NCBI RefSeq assembly: GCF_037042905.1
Contig: NC_087245.1
Coordinates: 23,190,001-23,254,000 of the forward strand
Length of the DNA: 64,000 nucleotides
Direction of reading: 5' to 3'
Source of the DNA: Lytechinus pictus
Taxonomy: Eukaryota
Within the stretch, counting starts at the first letter, position 1; each line of letters opens with the position of its first letter. Of this stretch, positions 1-13,732 are shown piece by piece. A model generated the notes under the pieces. The model ran no database searches. It was not told where the DNA came from and saw only the letters and a list, made by a program, of their open reading frames with translations. The position numbers were made by a program, and so were the translations under genes.

Positions 1-2056
1 ATACCTTTCTGTATAAAGTAACTAAAATGATTTCACACAGTAGGCAAAGTTATGTTGTATAATGATTATATAGGCCTGTTATGCATTTTTTTCATGTTGT
101 TACACGATGCCATGGATTTGTATATAATTTTATGGAAATTTTGAACAAAATTTACCAATCAATCGATGAGGAAAAAAGTCTGCCGTTCAAAAGTTATTGA
201 GGATCACGCATCGTTTTCACTTTTCAAAATTATTTTGTTATTAAATATTAAGTGCTATGATATATAAATGTTGGACGAGTTCAAATTCACTGGAATTCTA
301 GTATTTGTTTATGGACTGTATATGCTGCGATTCCATACGGTTTGGGGGAAACTGACATACAAAATGTATAAAACAAAAATTATGTTCTATCGTCTTTCAC
401 TTATTGTGATTCTTATCAGCAGGAGTACTTTGCATCGTTGTCTTATTTCATTTTTTTTTTCATTTGTCTACCAAATTTGAATCGATAAATAAAGATCGAG
501 GCGATTCTTTTGATAATGATAACCACCTTCGAACTACTATACGACCTTCATTAGAATTCCATCAACCATGAAACATCTTTTATTTTTGTCTATACAACAG
601 AGAAACGTTTCAAAACTCAAACATTCCTAAGTTAAAACTTCCCCATTAACAATTGACATAGAACTTGACAAACAAAAATGGGATTGTCTCAATTCAAAGG
701 GGATGTTATTTCTTCACAAGCCCCACAATATTGACATGGGCAAGCTTTGGCAGTGAACTATACACGGTGGTGAGAGGACTCTATCAAAACAAACTATGCA
801 GACCTCTCATGTCGACTGGTAAAAGTTCAAGTTCTAAATTCCTTCGTTTCTACAGAGGTGTTTCCATTTCTTTTATCATTCTTGAAATATTCAATCTTTT
901 TTTGTCTTCTGTAAAACATTGGTGCATGCAAGCAGTTGATCGGTATTTGAACAGGAAAACTGCAAACAGGTTAAATTATACTTTGATGGTGTTTCTTGTA
1001 TCTCAGGGCAGAATACCTTCTTATTTCCTGTTTAAATTTCCCTGGTACTTGGAGATGTATCTATGGTTTCAAACCTTTTCTATTTCTTTCGACCATTTTT
1101 TCATTCTCTGGTTGTAAGATTTGCCGGTAATGTATACATTGTCATACAAGTCGAAGTTAATTTCCGGAAGCGATCCATTTGAAATGAAATGCATGTTAGG
1201 AGAAATTTCGAAACTGAAATCGACCAATGCACCTTATAACGTGAAAAGGTTTCGGCTACCATTTGCTAAAGATAAATGCGTTGTTGGACTATTAGCCAAG
1301 GTCGGACCTATCAATATTGATCTCATTTTAGACTGGCTCATTTTTTCATATGATTTACTGAGGTTTTTTTTTTTATCAAAACATACTCGAAATGTTTCAT
1401 AATATCAATTTAAGAAAAACAAACAGTTAAATAAATCCCAACTAGTTAGGGAGTTGAAGAATGTCCCAAATATCTTCATAAAGTTCGCAGTACTGTATTA
1501 CAAATCCTTGATTGTAGGAGAGATTGGAGAAAAAAACTGTGCGATTGAGAAAATACAAGAAAAGACAAAGGTAATGTCATATAGAAGGGGCGGGGGTGGG
1601 ATAAAACGTATTACTGTACACCCCTCCCCAATTGTCATAAGTATGCACCTGTATGCGTTCGGAGCAAGTTGTTGCTAGTCTGCGATTACAGCCGAAGTGT
1701 GTGAGTGCGTGGTCATAGCTAAATTAATGTTACCATCGCATCAATGAATAACACCCAGCATTACTAACATAAAATACCACATCCCGAGACAAAATGACCA
1801 CCAAAATAAATAACCTCCATAAAAAGAAAGGGTGGCTTGAATTACAATTTTCATAATCTTACAGACTCCGATAAAATACAGCTTGCAGAGCGAGGTTATA
1901 ATTATTTTTTATGATAAAATATAATTGCTATACTGTATTTGGATATCTTACATAAATAGTGGCTATAATAATTGCCTGTTCTTGTATTGTTGATGTTTAA
2001 TATTGTTGGGGGGTTTCAGTTTTTTTTTCACAAGCTAATTGTACATGTTTTTTTAA

Positions 2057-2647
2057 AGGTCAAGTCCACCCCAGGAAAATGCTGACTTGAATAAATAGAG
2101 AAAAATCAAACTAGCATAATGCTGAAAATTTCATCAAAATCGGATGTAAAATAAGAAAGTTATGACATTTTAAAGTTTCGCTTATTTTTCACAAAACAGT
2201 GATATGCACGACTAGGTGAGTCAGTCGATGATGTCCATCACTCACTATTTCTTTTGTTTTTTATTGTTGAAATTATACAATATTTCATTTTTTATAGATT
2301 TAACAATAAGGACCAACTTGACTGAACCATATAGTATAAAACAATGCTAATTCTACATGTTCAGGGAGTAATTAATCGTTGTATCACTTGACAATGAGGA
2401 GAAAATTAGAATATATCATATTTCATATAATAAAATACAAAAGAAATAGTGAGTGGATGACGTCATAGTCTCCTCATTTGCATACCAGCCAGGATGTGCA
2501 TATAACTGTTTTGTGAAATTAAGCAAAACTTTAAAATGTCAGAACTTTCTTTTTTTACATCCGATTTTGATGAAATTTTCAGTGTTATGCTTGTTGGATT
2601 TTTCTCTTTTTATATAAATCAACTTTTTGTTGGGGTGGACTTGTCCT
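2057..2647. mobile_element. Kolobok/T2-type MITE, family A, copy 1
   Basis: TTAA TSD (2053-2056, 2648-2651); termini AGGTCAAGTCCACCCCA...TGGGGTGGACTTGTCCT; long imperfect TIRs; other copies in the window. Confidence 0.9.
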
Positions 2648-3259
2648 TTAATGGTTCACAATACTGTTTGGTTTTGAACTGATTTCGATCGTCTGGGTCC
2701 ATATAAAAAACGCAAGTTGGGGCCTACCCGTGAAAGTGTTAAAATCATTACTTGTTAAACATAATCAAGAACTAGCAACTGGTAAGAATATTCACATAAT
2801 GCTTTATATTTTTGTTTTTATTCAACGCTTTCAAAATATGTTAAGAAGAGGAAAGAAATTTGGTTGATTGAGGAGATGATAGCGCATTCGAATCAGTTTT
2901 CAGTAATTAGTTCTATCATGAATGTTCATGTACAAATTGCATGTTTATATCAACCTTTGTAAAGTATTGAATTCAGCAGTATGAATTTGCCTCAGATGCC
3001 ATAATAATGAATATATCATTGTAATGAGTGAATTATGAGCATGATATGTCGAATATTATGCTCACGTTGCAAAACCACTACATTGCACCATGATGTGAAA
3101 ATACATGTTTTCGTTTTGTTTTCTATTTCTAAGTACCACTGCCACTTGTTGTTTTATTATTGATGATGGTCACTACGGAAAACCCAGTTCATAACTACAA
3201 AGTGTTTAAATCATCAGACTAATTCATGATGTCTCTAACTCCAGCTTCTCTCACCGAAA

Positions 3260-3450
3260 GGAGGCGCTGAGCCGTGACGTCATATAACAATGCGCTAATT
3301 GGGGGGACTGTCTCGGTGCTTGATTGACAGGCAGCCAACAGTGAGCTAGTCAATGGGGACATAATGAAGTGACGAGCTTGTCATAGAGCTAAGGGGTGTC
3401 ACTCAGAAAAGGGGGTTGAGGATCCTATTCAAGCCTTACAACAGTCGCTG
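3260..3450 (+). promoter_or_regulatory. Putative fzd5/8 proximal promoter motif cluster
   Basis: GC-richer island with CRE TGACGTCA (3275-3282), Sox-type AACAAT (3286-3291) and PBX/PREP-MEIS decamer TGATTGACAG (3321-3330), ~1.2 kb upstream of the ATG; implies a long 5' leader. TSS not determined. Confidence 0.5.
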
Positions 3451-4504
3451 ACTGAAGCCACAACTCTGTCGAGAAGTCGTTCCGTGCACACCGTTTTTTC
3501 TTCCACTCCTCGCACAGACGATATATGTTTTTTGCTTTCATTTTGGGTCATCACTTTTGGTTTGAGTTCGAGTGCAACGCATAAATCAACGACGTCTGAA
3601 ATTCAATGTGTCATACTGCCGAATACAGCTCACCTTCCATCATTCACTTCAGACGATTATTATTAACCGAGAATTATTTTGTTCAGTGACTGATCGGGAC
3701 ACCAAACTCATTGATATCCGTAGGAGGCTATTATTGGAGTCTGAGGACAGATACTTTTTTATCATTATTATTTGCACACGCGTTATCTTTCGTTCTATGG
3801 ACGTGGGAGGAACCTTTGGATGACGCCAAATGGTTTCTAGCAGCGCTCTTGAGAAGTGACAACCCAAGGAATGAAAATCAGAACAGAGATAAGGAAGGCA
3901 TTTTGAGTATACACATTGTATATACGGCAGGCGATAATACTCGCATGTGAATACATAAGAAGTACAAGCGCCTCATCAGTTTTGTTCGAAGCACCCTTAT
4001 TGAGGAGAGGATCGGAAATATAGGCAAACAGAGAAGAAGTGACTATTTTGTTCTTTTCCCCACTCATATACGGCTGTGTGGATTTAGTGTAGACGTTTTG
4101 CTTGTGCCACACATCTCGACCCAGCTTAGAAAACAATTTTTTGAAAGGTATGTGTGTTGGAGCGGACTAGTGTTTGTATAGTAAAGAGGACCAATTGTGG
4201 TGGCTATGGTGAAAGTTCAGTTGGTTGAACCGGGACCCTAGTCGAGCTGAGACGAGTGGGGCGAATCTAAAGTAAACCTGTGATGTACGGTAGCGAAGTA
4301 AAAGGCTTGTTTGATCAGTGAGGAGTGAGTGTTTAACTAGAGCTGGAAGCTCGCCTGATGCAACACAAAAGGACACGAATACTTGGTAAATTCTCATTTT
4401 GAAAAGCAGAGGCATACCACTCCAGTCTGCCAAACCCTTTTCTTTATCGAGTGGGTTGCAACTGTATTAACAGCGATTTCCAACACACCACCGTGGCCAG
4501 AAAC

Positions 4505-6184
4505 ATGGCAGCCTTCAGTGGAACTATCCGGGGAACTATCTCTCATTATTCTGGGATGACACTGATAATCTTCATTGTGGCTTTATCGTCTTGCTTTAAC
4601 ACTGCTTGGAGTTACCGAGATGCTAAATGTGAAATCATAACTGTTCCAATGTGCCGTGATATTGGTTATAATATGACCTACATGCCAAACCATTTTAACC
4701 ATGATAACCAGGAGGAAGCAGGACTAGAAGTTCATCAGTTTTATCCTCTTGTCGAGATCCAGTGTTCCCCAGATCTGAAATTCTTCCTCTGCAGCATGTA
4801 CACTCCGATCTGCTTGACGGACTACCACAAACCTCTGATGGCGTGTCGGTCGGTCTGTGAGAGAGCGAAAGCCGGTTGTGCTCCGTTGATGCGCCAGTAC
4901 GGGTTCGCTTGGCCGGATCGCATGCAATGTGAGAACCTTCCAGAGTTTGGCGATCCCGATAATCTGTGCATGGATTCGAACCACACTAATTCTGGAACAA
5001 GTGCGCCGACCAACCCACCCATGACACGACCAGGAGGCCATCGACCTCACCCTCCAACCAGAAAACCATGTGACTGTTCTTGTCGCGAACCTTTAATACC
5101 CGTCCCCGAAACCCACCCGTACTACAATCGCGTTTCCACTGGCGAGATCTCCAATTGTGCAACTCCTTGTAAAAGTGCCTTTTTCTCAGAGGACGAACAC
5201 ACCTTTGCGACATTTTGGATCGGGTTATGGTCCATTCTGTGTTTCGTGTCGACGCTCATGACTGTCGCGACATTCCTGATCGACATGGGAAGATTCAAAT
5301 ACCCTGAACGTCCTATCATTTTCCTCAGTGCGTGCTACTTCATGGTCTCACTTGGCTTCATCATCCGACTCATCGTCGGGCACGACGAGGTCGCTTGTTC
5401 AGGCCAATATGTCCGCGTAGGATCGACGGGTCCAGCTCTCTGCACCATCGTCTTTCTCCTCATCTATTTCTTCAGTATGGCAAGCTCAATATGGTGGGTT
5501 ATTCTCGCGTTTACATGGTTCCTAGCCGCCGGGATGAAGTGGGGCAGTGAGGCAATCTCAAGCTACTCTCAATACTTTCACCTTGCTGCCTGGCTGCTTC
5601 CCAGTATCCAATCCATCGCAGTACTTGCCCTCAGTTCAGTTGATGGCGATCCCATAGCAGGAATCTGCTACGTAGGTAACCATGATCTCACCAAACTCCG
5701 CGGGTTTGTACTTGCACCTCTCTTCATGTACCTCATCGTCGGATGTTCTTTCCTCCTCGCTGGATTCGTCTCGCTTTTCCGCATCAGGAACGTAATCAAG
5801 CAAGGAGGATGTAAGACGGACAAACTTGAAAAACTCATGATCAGAATCGGTATTTTCTCCGTCCTTTACACCGTGCCTGCTACCATTGTGGTCGCTATCT
5901 ACATCTACGAGCAGCATTCGAGGCCCGACTGGGAACGGGGCGTCACATGCCCATGTCTCGCAGAACATTTACCAAAACCAGAATACTCAGTATTTATGCT
6001 CAAATATTTTATGTGCCTTGTTGTTGGTATCACATCGGGGGTGTGGATATGGACTGGGAAGACGCTCAGTTCGTGGCGAGGTTTTATCAACAGGTTACTT
6101 GGAAGAAAGGCAAATCCAAACAGAGAGAGAACTTTCAATTGCAAACCAGTGATTCTTAAGAGTTTACCAAACGCACATGTGTGA
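4505..6184 (+). CDS. fzd5/8: Frizzled-5/8 Wnt receptor, intronless, 559 aa from first in-frame ATG
   Basis: Signal peptide; 10-Cys CRD (CEIITVPMCRDIGYNMTYMPNHFNHDNQEEAGLEVHQFYPLVEIQCSPDLKFFLCSMYTPIC, typical of FZD5/8); RFKYPERPIIFLS; 7 TM helices; KTxxxW (KTLSSW); C-terminal -AHV. The ORF track start at 4451 is a GTG; first ATG is 4505. Confidence 0.97.
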   Translation: MAAFSGTIRGTISHYSGMTLIIFIVALSSCFNTAWSYRDAKCEIITVPMCRDIGYNMTYMPNHFNHDNQEEAGLEVHQFYPLVEIQCSPDLKFFLCSMYTPICLTDYHKPLMACRSVCERAKAGCAPLMRQYGFAWPDRMQCENLPEFGDPDNLCMDSNHTNSGTSAPTNPPMTRPGGHRPHPPTRKPCDCSCREPLIPVPETHPYYNRVSTGEISNCATPCKSAFFSEDEHTFATFWIGLWSILCFVSTLMTVATFLIDMGRFKYPERPIIFLSACYFMVSLGFIIRLIVGHDEVACSGQYVRVGSTGPALCTIVFLLIYFFSMASSIWWVILAFTWFLAAGMKWGSEAISSYSQYFHLAAWLLPSIQSIAVLALSSVDGDPIAGICYVGNHDLTKLRGFVLAPLFMYLIVGCSFLLAGFVSLFRIRNVIKQGGCKTDKLEKLMIRIGIFSVLYTVPATIVVAIYIYEQHSRPDWERGVTCPCLAEHLPKPEYSVFMLKYFMCLVVGITSGVWIWTGKTLSSWRGFINRLLGRKANPNRERTFNCKPVILKSLPNAHV

Positions 6185-8949
6185 TTTCATATTACCATAA
6201 TTATAAACTATTCATTCAAGTACATCACAGGGACAAAAGAAATGATTGGAATCAATCTTTGCCGGTGTGTTAACACAGAAATGTCGAACGACTTTGTGTT
6301 TTCTTTCCATTATTTGAAGAAATGTTTAAGAGGATTTGTTGATGCCTTTTCAAAAATCAGATTATACATGCACTCATTTCGGTTTCTTTCCCAAGACATT
6401 AACTACTTTATTCAGAATAAACACGATTTTTTAAAAAACATTTTTTGTCAAAAGGCATTTGAATTAAATGTGTAATCTGCGAGAAGTATTTTCTGGATGT
6501 ATACAGAACAATATTAATTATTATTGCCGTTTGTAAAATTCGGTACGATCGGACCACTTTGCACAATATGCCAAATACATTGTCATTTTTTGTAAAGACA
6601 TATTTTTGTAGTCTGAATTCACTTTTTCTTTCATTGGCTCACTCCAAAGAACGGACAACATAGGTAAGATATTAAGTTGCGATTTGTTATTTCTCGATAC
6701 CATATCGATTACCTTGCTCGTACCATCACAATGCCTTGAAATTTATCTTCGAAACAAAAGCGGTGTTAATTTTATATTTTGATATTGATCCATCTTCAGT
6801 CTTGCGTGGCCATTGTGTTTGGGGTAAAGAAAGATTGATTAGTTGTTATCTTGCCACTATTTTGTAACATCTCTCTTGGTCCTCTTAACTTAAAAAGAGA
6901 GGTTCAAGTATGTCCTTCACAATGAACACTGTTTCTATTTTCACAATACATGTGATGATGGAAATTGGTTGCTATATTGTTTGATGTTGTCTTTTTTGTT
7001 GATGATCGTCTATTTATGATATTTTTGTCGTGCACCTAATGAACCAAACGGCAAACAACGCCTTACTATTCACAAGAAGCTAATGTCTTCTGCAATACTA
7101 GATTACTATAGACATGTTTGAATATCATCAAACGCATTTCGTAGGAAATAACATATCTCAGACCTGTATGCTGACATACCGAGATCAAAGGAATAATATC
7201 ACATATGCTTCAGTCAAAATGCAACTGAAAGTGTCGAAAGGTAGATATTCGTTTATTCAACGATTGACATGAAATCTTTTATTGATTCTGTATCAATTTA
7301 TTCAGTTGTTAAGAAAATCATATGTAAGGTGAAGGCTGGGGGTAAAAAAAAATATGTGTACTTTTCTTGAAGAAAGTTGCAGGTTATATGTATAACACCA
7401 GCAAATCCTATGTTTTGTGAATTTGTTTTAATGTAAAGCATTATGGCGAAGTCTGTCCTTATTACTATACATTTATATCGAAACATGGACCTATACCTTG
7501 ATAAATGCTTTCAAATATTAATTGACATATATAATAATTTTATGAAAAATCGGAATTATAATTTTGGTAGTCCTTTAAATGATGAAACAGTCCGTTGCAT
7601 TATATTTTCACTGTGGACCACCATTGACCGGTGCTCCCCTTTTCTTCATGTTTTGTTTAATTTGGATCCCTATGCTAATACAGGAGTAGAATACCACGGT
7701 ACCGAATACCCTTTTACTACAATAACCGTCACTAGCGGCCATATCTTACTTGAGAGTTTTCTTTTCTCGTTCCTTTAGTCACATAAGTAAAAATCAAACA
7801 TGCTACTTAGTGAGCACCATGTCCAGCATCTTGGCACTTAAACAGCCGATACAGATCAAATAAATGTTACATCACGGGGTCAACATTAAAAACCTGAGAC
7901 GCAAACACAACCCCCTTTCTCCTCTGATACCAGCATTTGTTTGCTACCATCACTTTTCATTGTTTGAGATGCTCTAAGTTAATCTAGATTGTCAACAAAA
8001 TGGCTTTCTCCCTTTTATTTCATAGCATGTTTCCCCCCCGACCCGGACAGAGAAATTAGGAGGAAATAAGTAACGATATTGCGCCCCTGTAGCTTGTGCA
8101 AATGTTCTTGTTCATTAAATATGAGGCTTCAAATTCTAATTTGAAGTGGACATAATTTGGATGAATAGCCAAAAGGTCACTGTTATCATTAGATAATGTT
8201 TCTAAACAATCATTTGTGTCTGGTATGATATAATGTTCGTCGATGTTCAGTACCAAATTCCCTATTGGTTTGGTTTGCTCCTTCCAAATCATAAGAAAAA
8301 TATATATACCGTCATATTCGGTGAACTTGTCACTCAAAGGGTAATACTAACTTTGATATGGTATAACTTTGCACTGACCATGCTATCCAAAATATACTAT
8401 TAGACTTTTACAGGTGGAAACTTGCTTGAATGTAAAACGTTGTAGTTATCTTTGAGGTGTATAGATGTCCTTAATCATGATACAAATGTAATATTTATGT
8501 CCAGAAGAAAGTCAATTAATAACCGGTGTTTTTGTTCAGTAAAGAGGACTGAGTTACGATATATCCCGTAAAGTTTAATTTTGAAAACGATGAATTCCAT
8601 GGAATGTATCGATTTGATTCATCAGAAACCCCTTCTTCCGATCTTTAATGACATTTGATATTCCATTTTATTGTTCATGTTAATGTTTTTTATGTTGATG
8701 ATATTGTATATTTGTTTTTCATGAAACGACTGATTAAACAGCCAGATGCATATTGCACAAATTATATATATATATATTTTGTTGTATTTTTGTATATTCA
8801 GACACCGCATATTTCATGTTTAGTATTTGGGGACTATATAGGTAAGGGTATATGGCCATAAGAAATATGGTTTTGATTTCTTATCTTATTTTAGTTGATA
8901 TCTGGGGGGGGGGGGGGTATGTTGTTTGTATTCAAATGGTAATGAGATA

Positions 8950-9207
8950 ATGACGATGAATAATTGTGATGAAAAGATTGTATGGATGATTGTGAAACGG
9001 GATGATACATGGTGGTGAAAGTAGTATAGTAATGATTCAAGTTTATTGGTAACGATGACGATCATGGGAGTAGTAACGATGATGTTGCTGTTACCATGAC
9101 AACGTTGTGTGTTTGGTAGTTGTGATGCTGTTGGATCTGGTGTTAGTGATGGTAGTTATGATAAAGGCGGTGATGATGTTTCTGTCGGAAATGGTTGTAG
9201 GGTTCTA

Positions 9208-9240
<33 letters not shown>

Positions 9241-9510
9241 AGTGGTGGTGATGGTAATGGTGGTGATAACGCTGAAGGTACATCTTGGGATGATGCTTAT
9301 GGTAAATGAGATGGTGATGATGATGATGATGATGATGGTTATCATGCTTATGGTGATGATGATGGAGACGGTGGTGTTGAAGTGATGGTGGTAGTGCAGA
9401 TGACAATGATGATGCTCATCAATCATTCTTATGGTGATGATTATGGCGATGGTGGTGGTGTTGATGATGATGAAGATGATAATCATCACGGCGATTGTGA
9501 TGAAGACATT
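8950..9510. repeat. Degenerate (GAT/GGT)n microsatellite tract
   Basis: Direct inspection; perfect (GAT)n at 9208-9240. Confidence 0.9.
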
Positions 9511-9770
9511 GTAAGGCTGTACACATATTTTAGCTTGGAAACATATTCAACACTACATATTGACAAGTCCTTTCTTAAAAGGGGGATCTACCCCAACAAA
9601 TAGTTTATTTGAATATTTAAAAAAAGAGAAAAGGGCGAAAAATCATATGGCTGAAATTTTCATCACACTCGAATGTAAAATAATAAAGTAAAAATAATAA
9701 GTTTTGAAATTTGAAAATGTCGCCCTTTTAATAAAAAATAGGTACATATAAGTAAATATGCACACAACGT

Positions 9771-9880
9771 CTTTTTTTCTTTCTTTCTTTCTATCTTTCT
9801 CTCTTTCTTTCTATCTTTTTTTCTTTCTTTCTATCTTTCTCTCTTTCTTTCTTTCTGTCTTTCTATCTTTCTTTCTTTTT
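9771..9880. repeat. (CTTT)n-like microsatellite
   Basis: Direct inspection. Confidence 0.85.
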
Positions 9881-10677
9881 AGATTATTTAACGACAATAC
9901 AAGCATTAATCAGCATGAAAAAGTGGTGACATTTTTAAGGTCGCAAAATACTCAACAAAGGCTATATATGCAAATATAAGAACCAATGCACCTACAATTT
10001 TAGATTATTTAATGACAATACATGCATTATTAAATTGTTAATTATGTTACATTTAATTTCTTCCATTATTGAACGAGTAAAATCGCCATTATTGTTATTG
10101 ATCGTGATTTTTTTATCAAATCTTGTGAGAGTTAGGCATTTGAATGAGATTTCATAGCAATACAATACAAAAAATACGGTGGGTATGTTGCGTAATTCAG
10201 TGGCGTAATGAGCAAAAATAAATAAAATGAAGTGACACAACATTTCGTGCCTGACAAAATTTCTTAAAAGTCGTGAGCGAGCAAAATTATAACATTTTAA
10301 AATGAAAATCATCGAATTTTGTAAAAGATTTTGACAAAATATTCAGAAAATTACATAACAAATTTCATTTTTTTTTCGTTCCTTTCCTTTATTTCTCTCT
10401 TCCTTATTATTTTTTCTTTGTCGTAGAATCTTTTTTTTTTCTACAGCGCAACTTGAACATTCCATAAAGTTTTAAGTTCTTATTTTCACAAGGCAATATC
10501 ACTGGAATTTCCAGTGTCATGCTATTCTGATTTTTGCTATGTATTTACAATATCATCAATATATGTTTGCACATTCCTTTAGTTTTACAATGGCATACCG
10601 CTTCTGCTAAATACCTTAAAAAAGCAAGAGCAGGGAATTTACTTCAAAGGTAAAATAACTTATGAATGCCCCCACCC

Positions 10678-12129
10678 CAGGCGCGGTTCTAGACACCCTT
10701 TTTTTTTTTGGGGGGGGGGGGGCTTCTGGGGACTTGATAAATTTTCGACGTTGGTTTATTCAATACAATGAAAACTGACTATTGTAAATAGCCTTATACA
10801 GACCAAACAGCTAGTCCCCCTCCCTCCTATGAAAAAAAATATTTCAAATATCATGCGAGGGAGTGTAGCGACCGAGCGAAAAAATCAAATTGCTTGAGAA
10901 GTTTGTTTTATTATTTTATATATATATATATGATGCATCAGGGCCTGGTTGGTGTTATACATGTAGATGTAGACGGGGGCATTTAACGATATTAAAGGGG
11001 AGGGGAGGTAGGACTGGTTATCAGGAATTGGGGTTGTGTTGTTACTCTATCTAGGCGTTTTTATAAGACTTTGAACGTAAAGAGGTATAATAGAACATGG
11101 CATGCTGAGATGGGGTTTTAATGTCAATTGGTGACCAGGGAGATTTTTTTTAAGTGAAACCTACTATTTGGAGCACTTTATGAACTTTATAAAAAAAACT
11201 GTACATCTGCAACATCGTTAAATTATTGAATGGGATACTCAACATGCATAAAGACTGCAAAAGAATACGACCCAGTGAACACTGACCTGTATAACATAAA
11301 AGTATACACATATAGAGTTAAATCATTGTACATGTTGCTTCTATCACGGGGCGGGGGCAGGGGCGATCGCCATGAACATATTTGGAATGCGGCAACCATA
11401 TCGATTTGCCCTGCCCAATAATTTTGACAAAATGAAAAATTTAAGAATCCGTTGCAAAAAATGTGTTTGACAAAACATCTGAAAGCGCTATAAAACCATC
11501 AGACTTGACATGAAAATATTATAAAATTGTAATTTTTTCGGTGTGCTTCACGTAATGTTGGACATTGTCTTTACCCCCTCTCGTCATCCGAAAAAGGCAT
11601 GGATTGGCTCTAATGACTCTAAAATATGTTTTCAATATTTAGTTTAGCCTCAATCATGGAGTATATAGTGACAGAGCCATTTTCTAAAGAAAAATATCCC
11701 AAAGAATGACAAAAATTCGGAGCGCTTTTGACAAAACACGGCAGGTTTAGCATGTTTAGAGTTTGGCATTAGTAGTGTTATATTCGTGGTGGGTGTATTT
11801 TAGAAGGTCTACTATATTGCAGGAGATCATTGAGATCATTGAGCATTGATGTATTCTTCATTTAGATGGTATTCTGCGAGGGAGCGTTTAGCGACCGAGA
11901 GAGAAAATTTGACTTTGAATAATAAAAACTTTGATTTTAGGGCGCTTGACGACATGAATGAAATACTGCATCAATCAATACATACATACGCTAATAGGGC
12001 CTATAGATATATATATTTTTTCTTTGTGGTCGAAATTTTTTTTGAGGGGGCTTGAGCGATTTGCGGGGGGGGGGGGTGGGGTTCAGTTCCCAAAGCGCCC
12101 CCCCCCCCAAAAAAAAAAAACCGCGCCTG
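10678..12129. mobile_element. hAT-like non-autonomous element, possibly nested in an older CAGTGGCG element (10198-12362)
   Basis: 11-bp TIR CAGGCGCGGTT...AACCGCGCCTG with poly-G/poly-C subtermini; TSD only partial. Confidence 0.6.
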
Positions 12130-13732
12130 CCCCCAAAGAAAAAAAAGTTCTGCGATCAAGGAAAGGGGGGGGGGGGAGTATAAAAAGGAAAAGAAATTTG
12201 TAAGATACGATGTTACATGTCAAAATATATTACATAACTTCATTTTCCTTCTAAAGTGTTCAATTTTGTTTTGCTCGTTCGATTCGCCCGCTCAGACATT
12301 TAAATAAATTTTGCCACACAAGCCTAGTTGTGCCTCTCATTTTCAGGCCATTTGCGCCACTGATGTGGATATATATAAATATTATTTGTGTGTGAATGTA
12401 TTTCCATCATTATCCATTATTTTATTGGCTTATGTAAACATATTGTGAAACTATGTTAATTGAAAAAGAAAGTGATATAGATCGCTGAAGAAAAGGGATG
12501 AAAAGTGCCCCCCCCCTACCACCCCACTCATGCACCGGTCACGTGGCTAAAATAGACCTGTCATTCTGATGGTTATATCAAACTCGGATCCCTTCCCATT
12601 GTGCTCGTATCTTCTTTTAAGAAAGAGAATAGAAGTTTGCATGAATGCGCAATTAGGGTGTCCCGTTTTATCCCTTTTGTTAACAAGAATATCAAAGTGG
12701 TGGACAAATGAAAAAGACCTACCACTCCACCGCTATTGTTGCTAAGATAATGGTTTCGGGGAAGGGAGGGGGTCCCCTTCCTCTTCACTCAAGAGTTTTA
12801 TTTTCTTTCCTCTTGGTACTGGCTAGAGAGGAAAACTAACAAAAGGTTTGGTCTTTCTGGGCAATAATCCAGGTGAGCGAGGGCTTTGCTTATGTTCGTT
12901 TTTGGTAGCAATTGCTTGGGGTAAGTATATTTACACACACTTGAAATAAAAATTGTTTCTTACGGCCCCAAACCCACTCATAGGTACAGTACCCCTTTGG
13001 CTACAAACATTCATGGATAGGATAGTTTAACAGTTCGCAACGGGCATGATGGGGTGGGGTGATGTTTCATTGAGACTATATCAGTTACCAGCAGTTGATA
13101 TTGCACAATGAGACTGTCAAGGAAACAAGAGAACAGAAAGGGAAATAGTATTACATACATCACCCCGTCAAAAAAGGAAGGGGTGGTAAGAAAGAAGGGT
13201 TTCATAATTTTATTTGAAATTGGCGAGAGGGAACATTATGACCTTCAGATCAAAGTCTGGATGAGATATATTTGTACGGGTACATTTTGTTAAACTATCT
13301 TAAGCAAAGGCCTCGGGAAAAAAATATTATAAATGAAACAAATGAGATAGGTAACAAGACAAATTTTGAGAATGATATGTTAACAGAAATTCAGTACAAG
13401 AATCGATAGATGTATATCGTTTTCAAGCAATGTCTAAGCTTTTCAATCCAATAGAAAATGCTTCAAACTGGTATTACAATTGAGACTACTTTAAATCATA
13501 AAAAAATATTACTTCTGTGTGATTGTTTACATCGTTCAACAAAACTTTTTTTTTAAATTAATTCTAATAAGGAAATCGAAAGACTTTAAAAAAAAAAACC
13601 GCGGAAGTTAAACCATAATGACATCGTTCACAAATATTGACTTAGGTTGGGTGGTGAGGGGGGGGGGGGGTGTTATGGTACTGAAAGATAATTTAAAGAA
13701 GGGGTTGCGATCATAAGGAAATGAGAAGTTAA

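Noticed and set aside
4451..4504. GTG-initiated N-terminal extension of Frizzled (and the TTG start of the GPCR at 55316)
   Set aside because: Prokaryotic-style start calls in the ORF track; the first in-frame ATGs give sensible N-termini.
4724..6159. Antisense and alternate-frame ORFs over fzd5/8
   Set aside because: Shadow ORFs of a GC-richer coding region; no independent features.
9109..9603. Poly-Asp, poly-His and poly-Ile ORFs
   Set aside because: Translations of a degenerate (GAT)n microsatellite; no splice or domain support.
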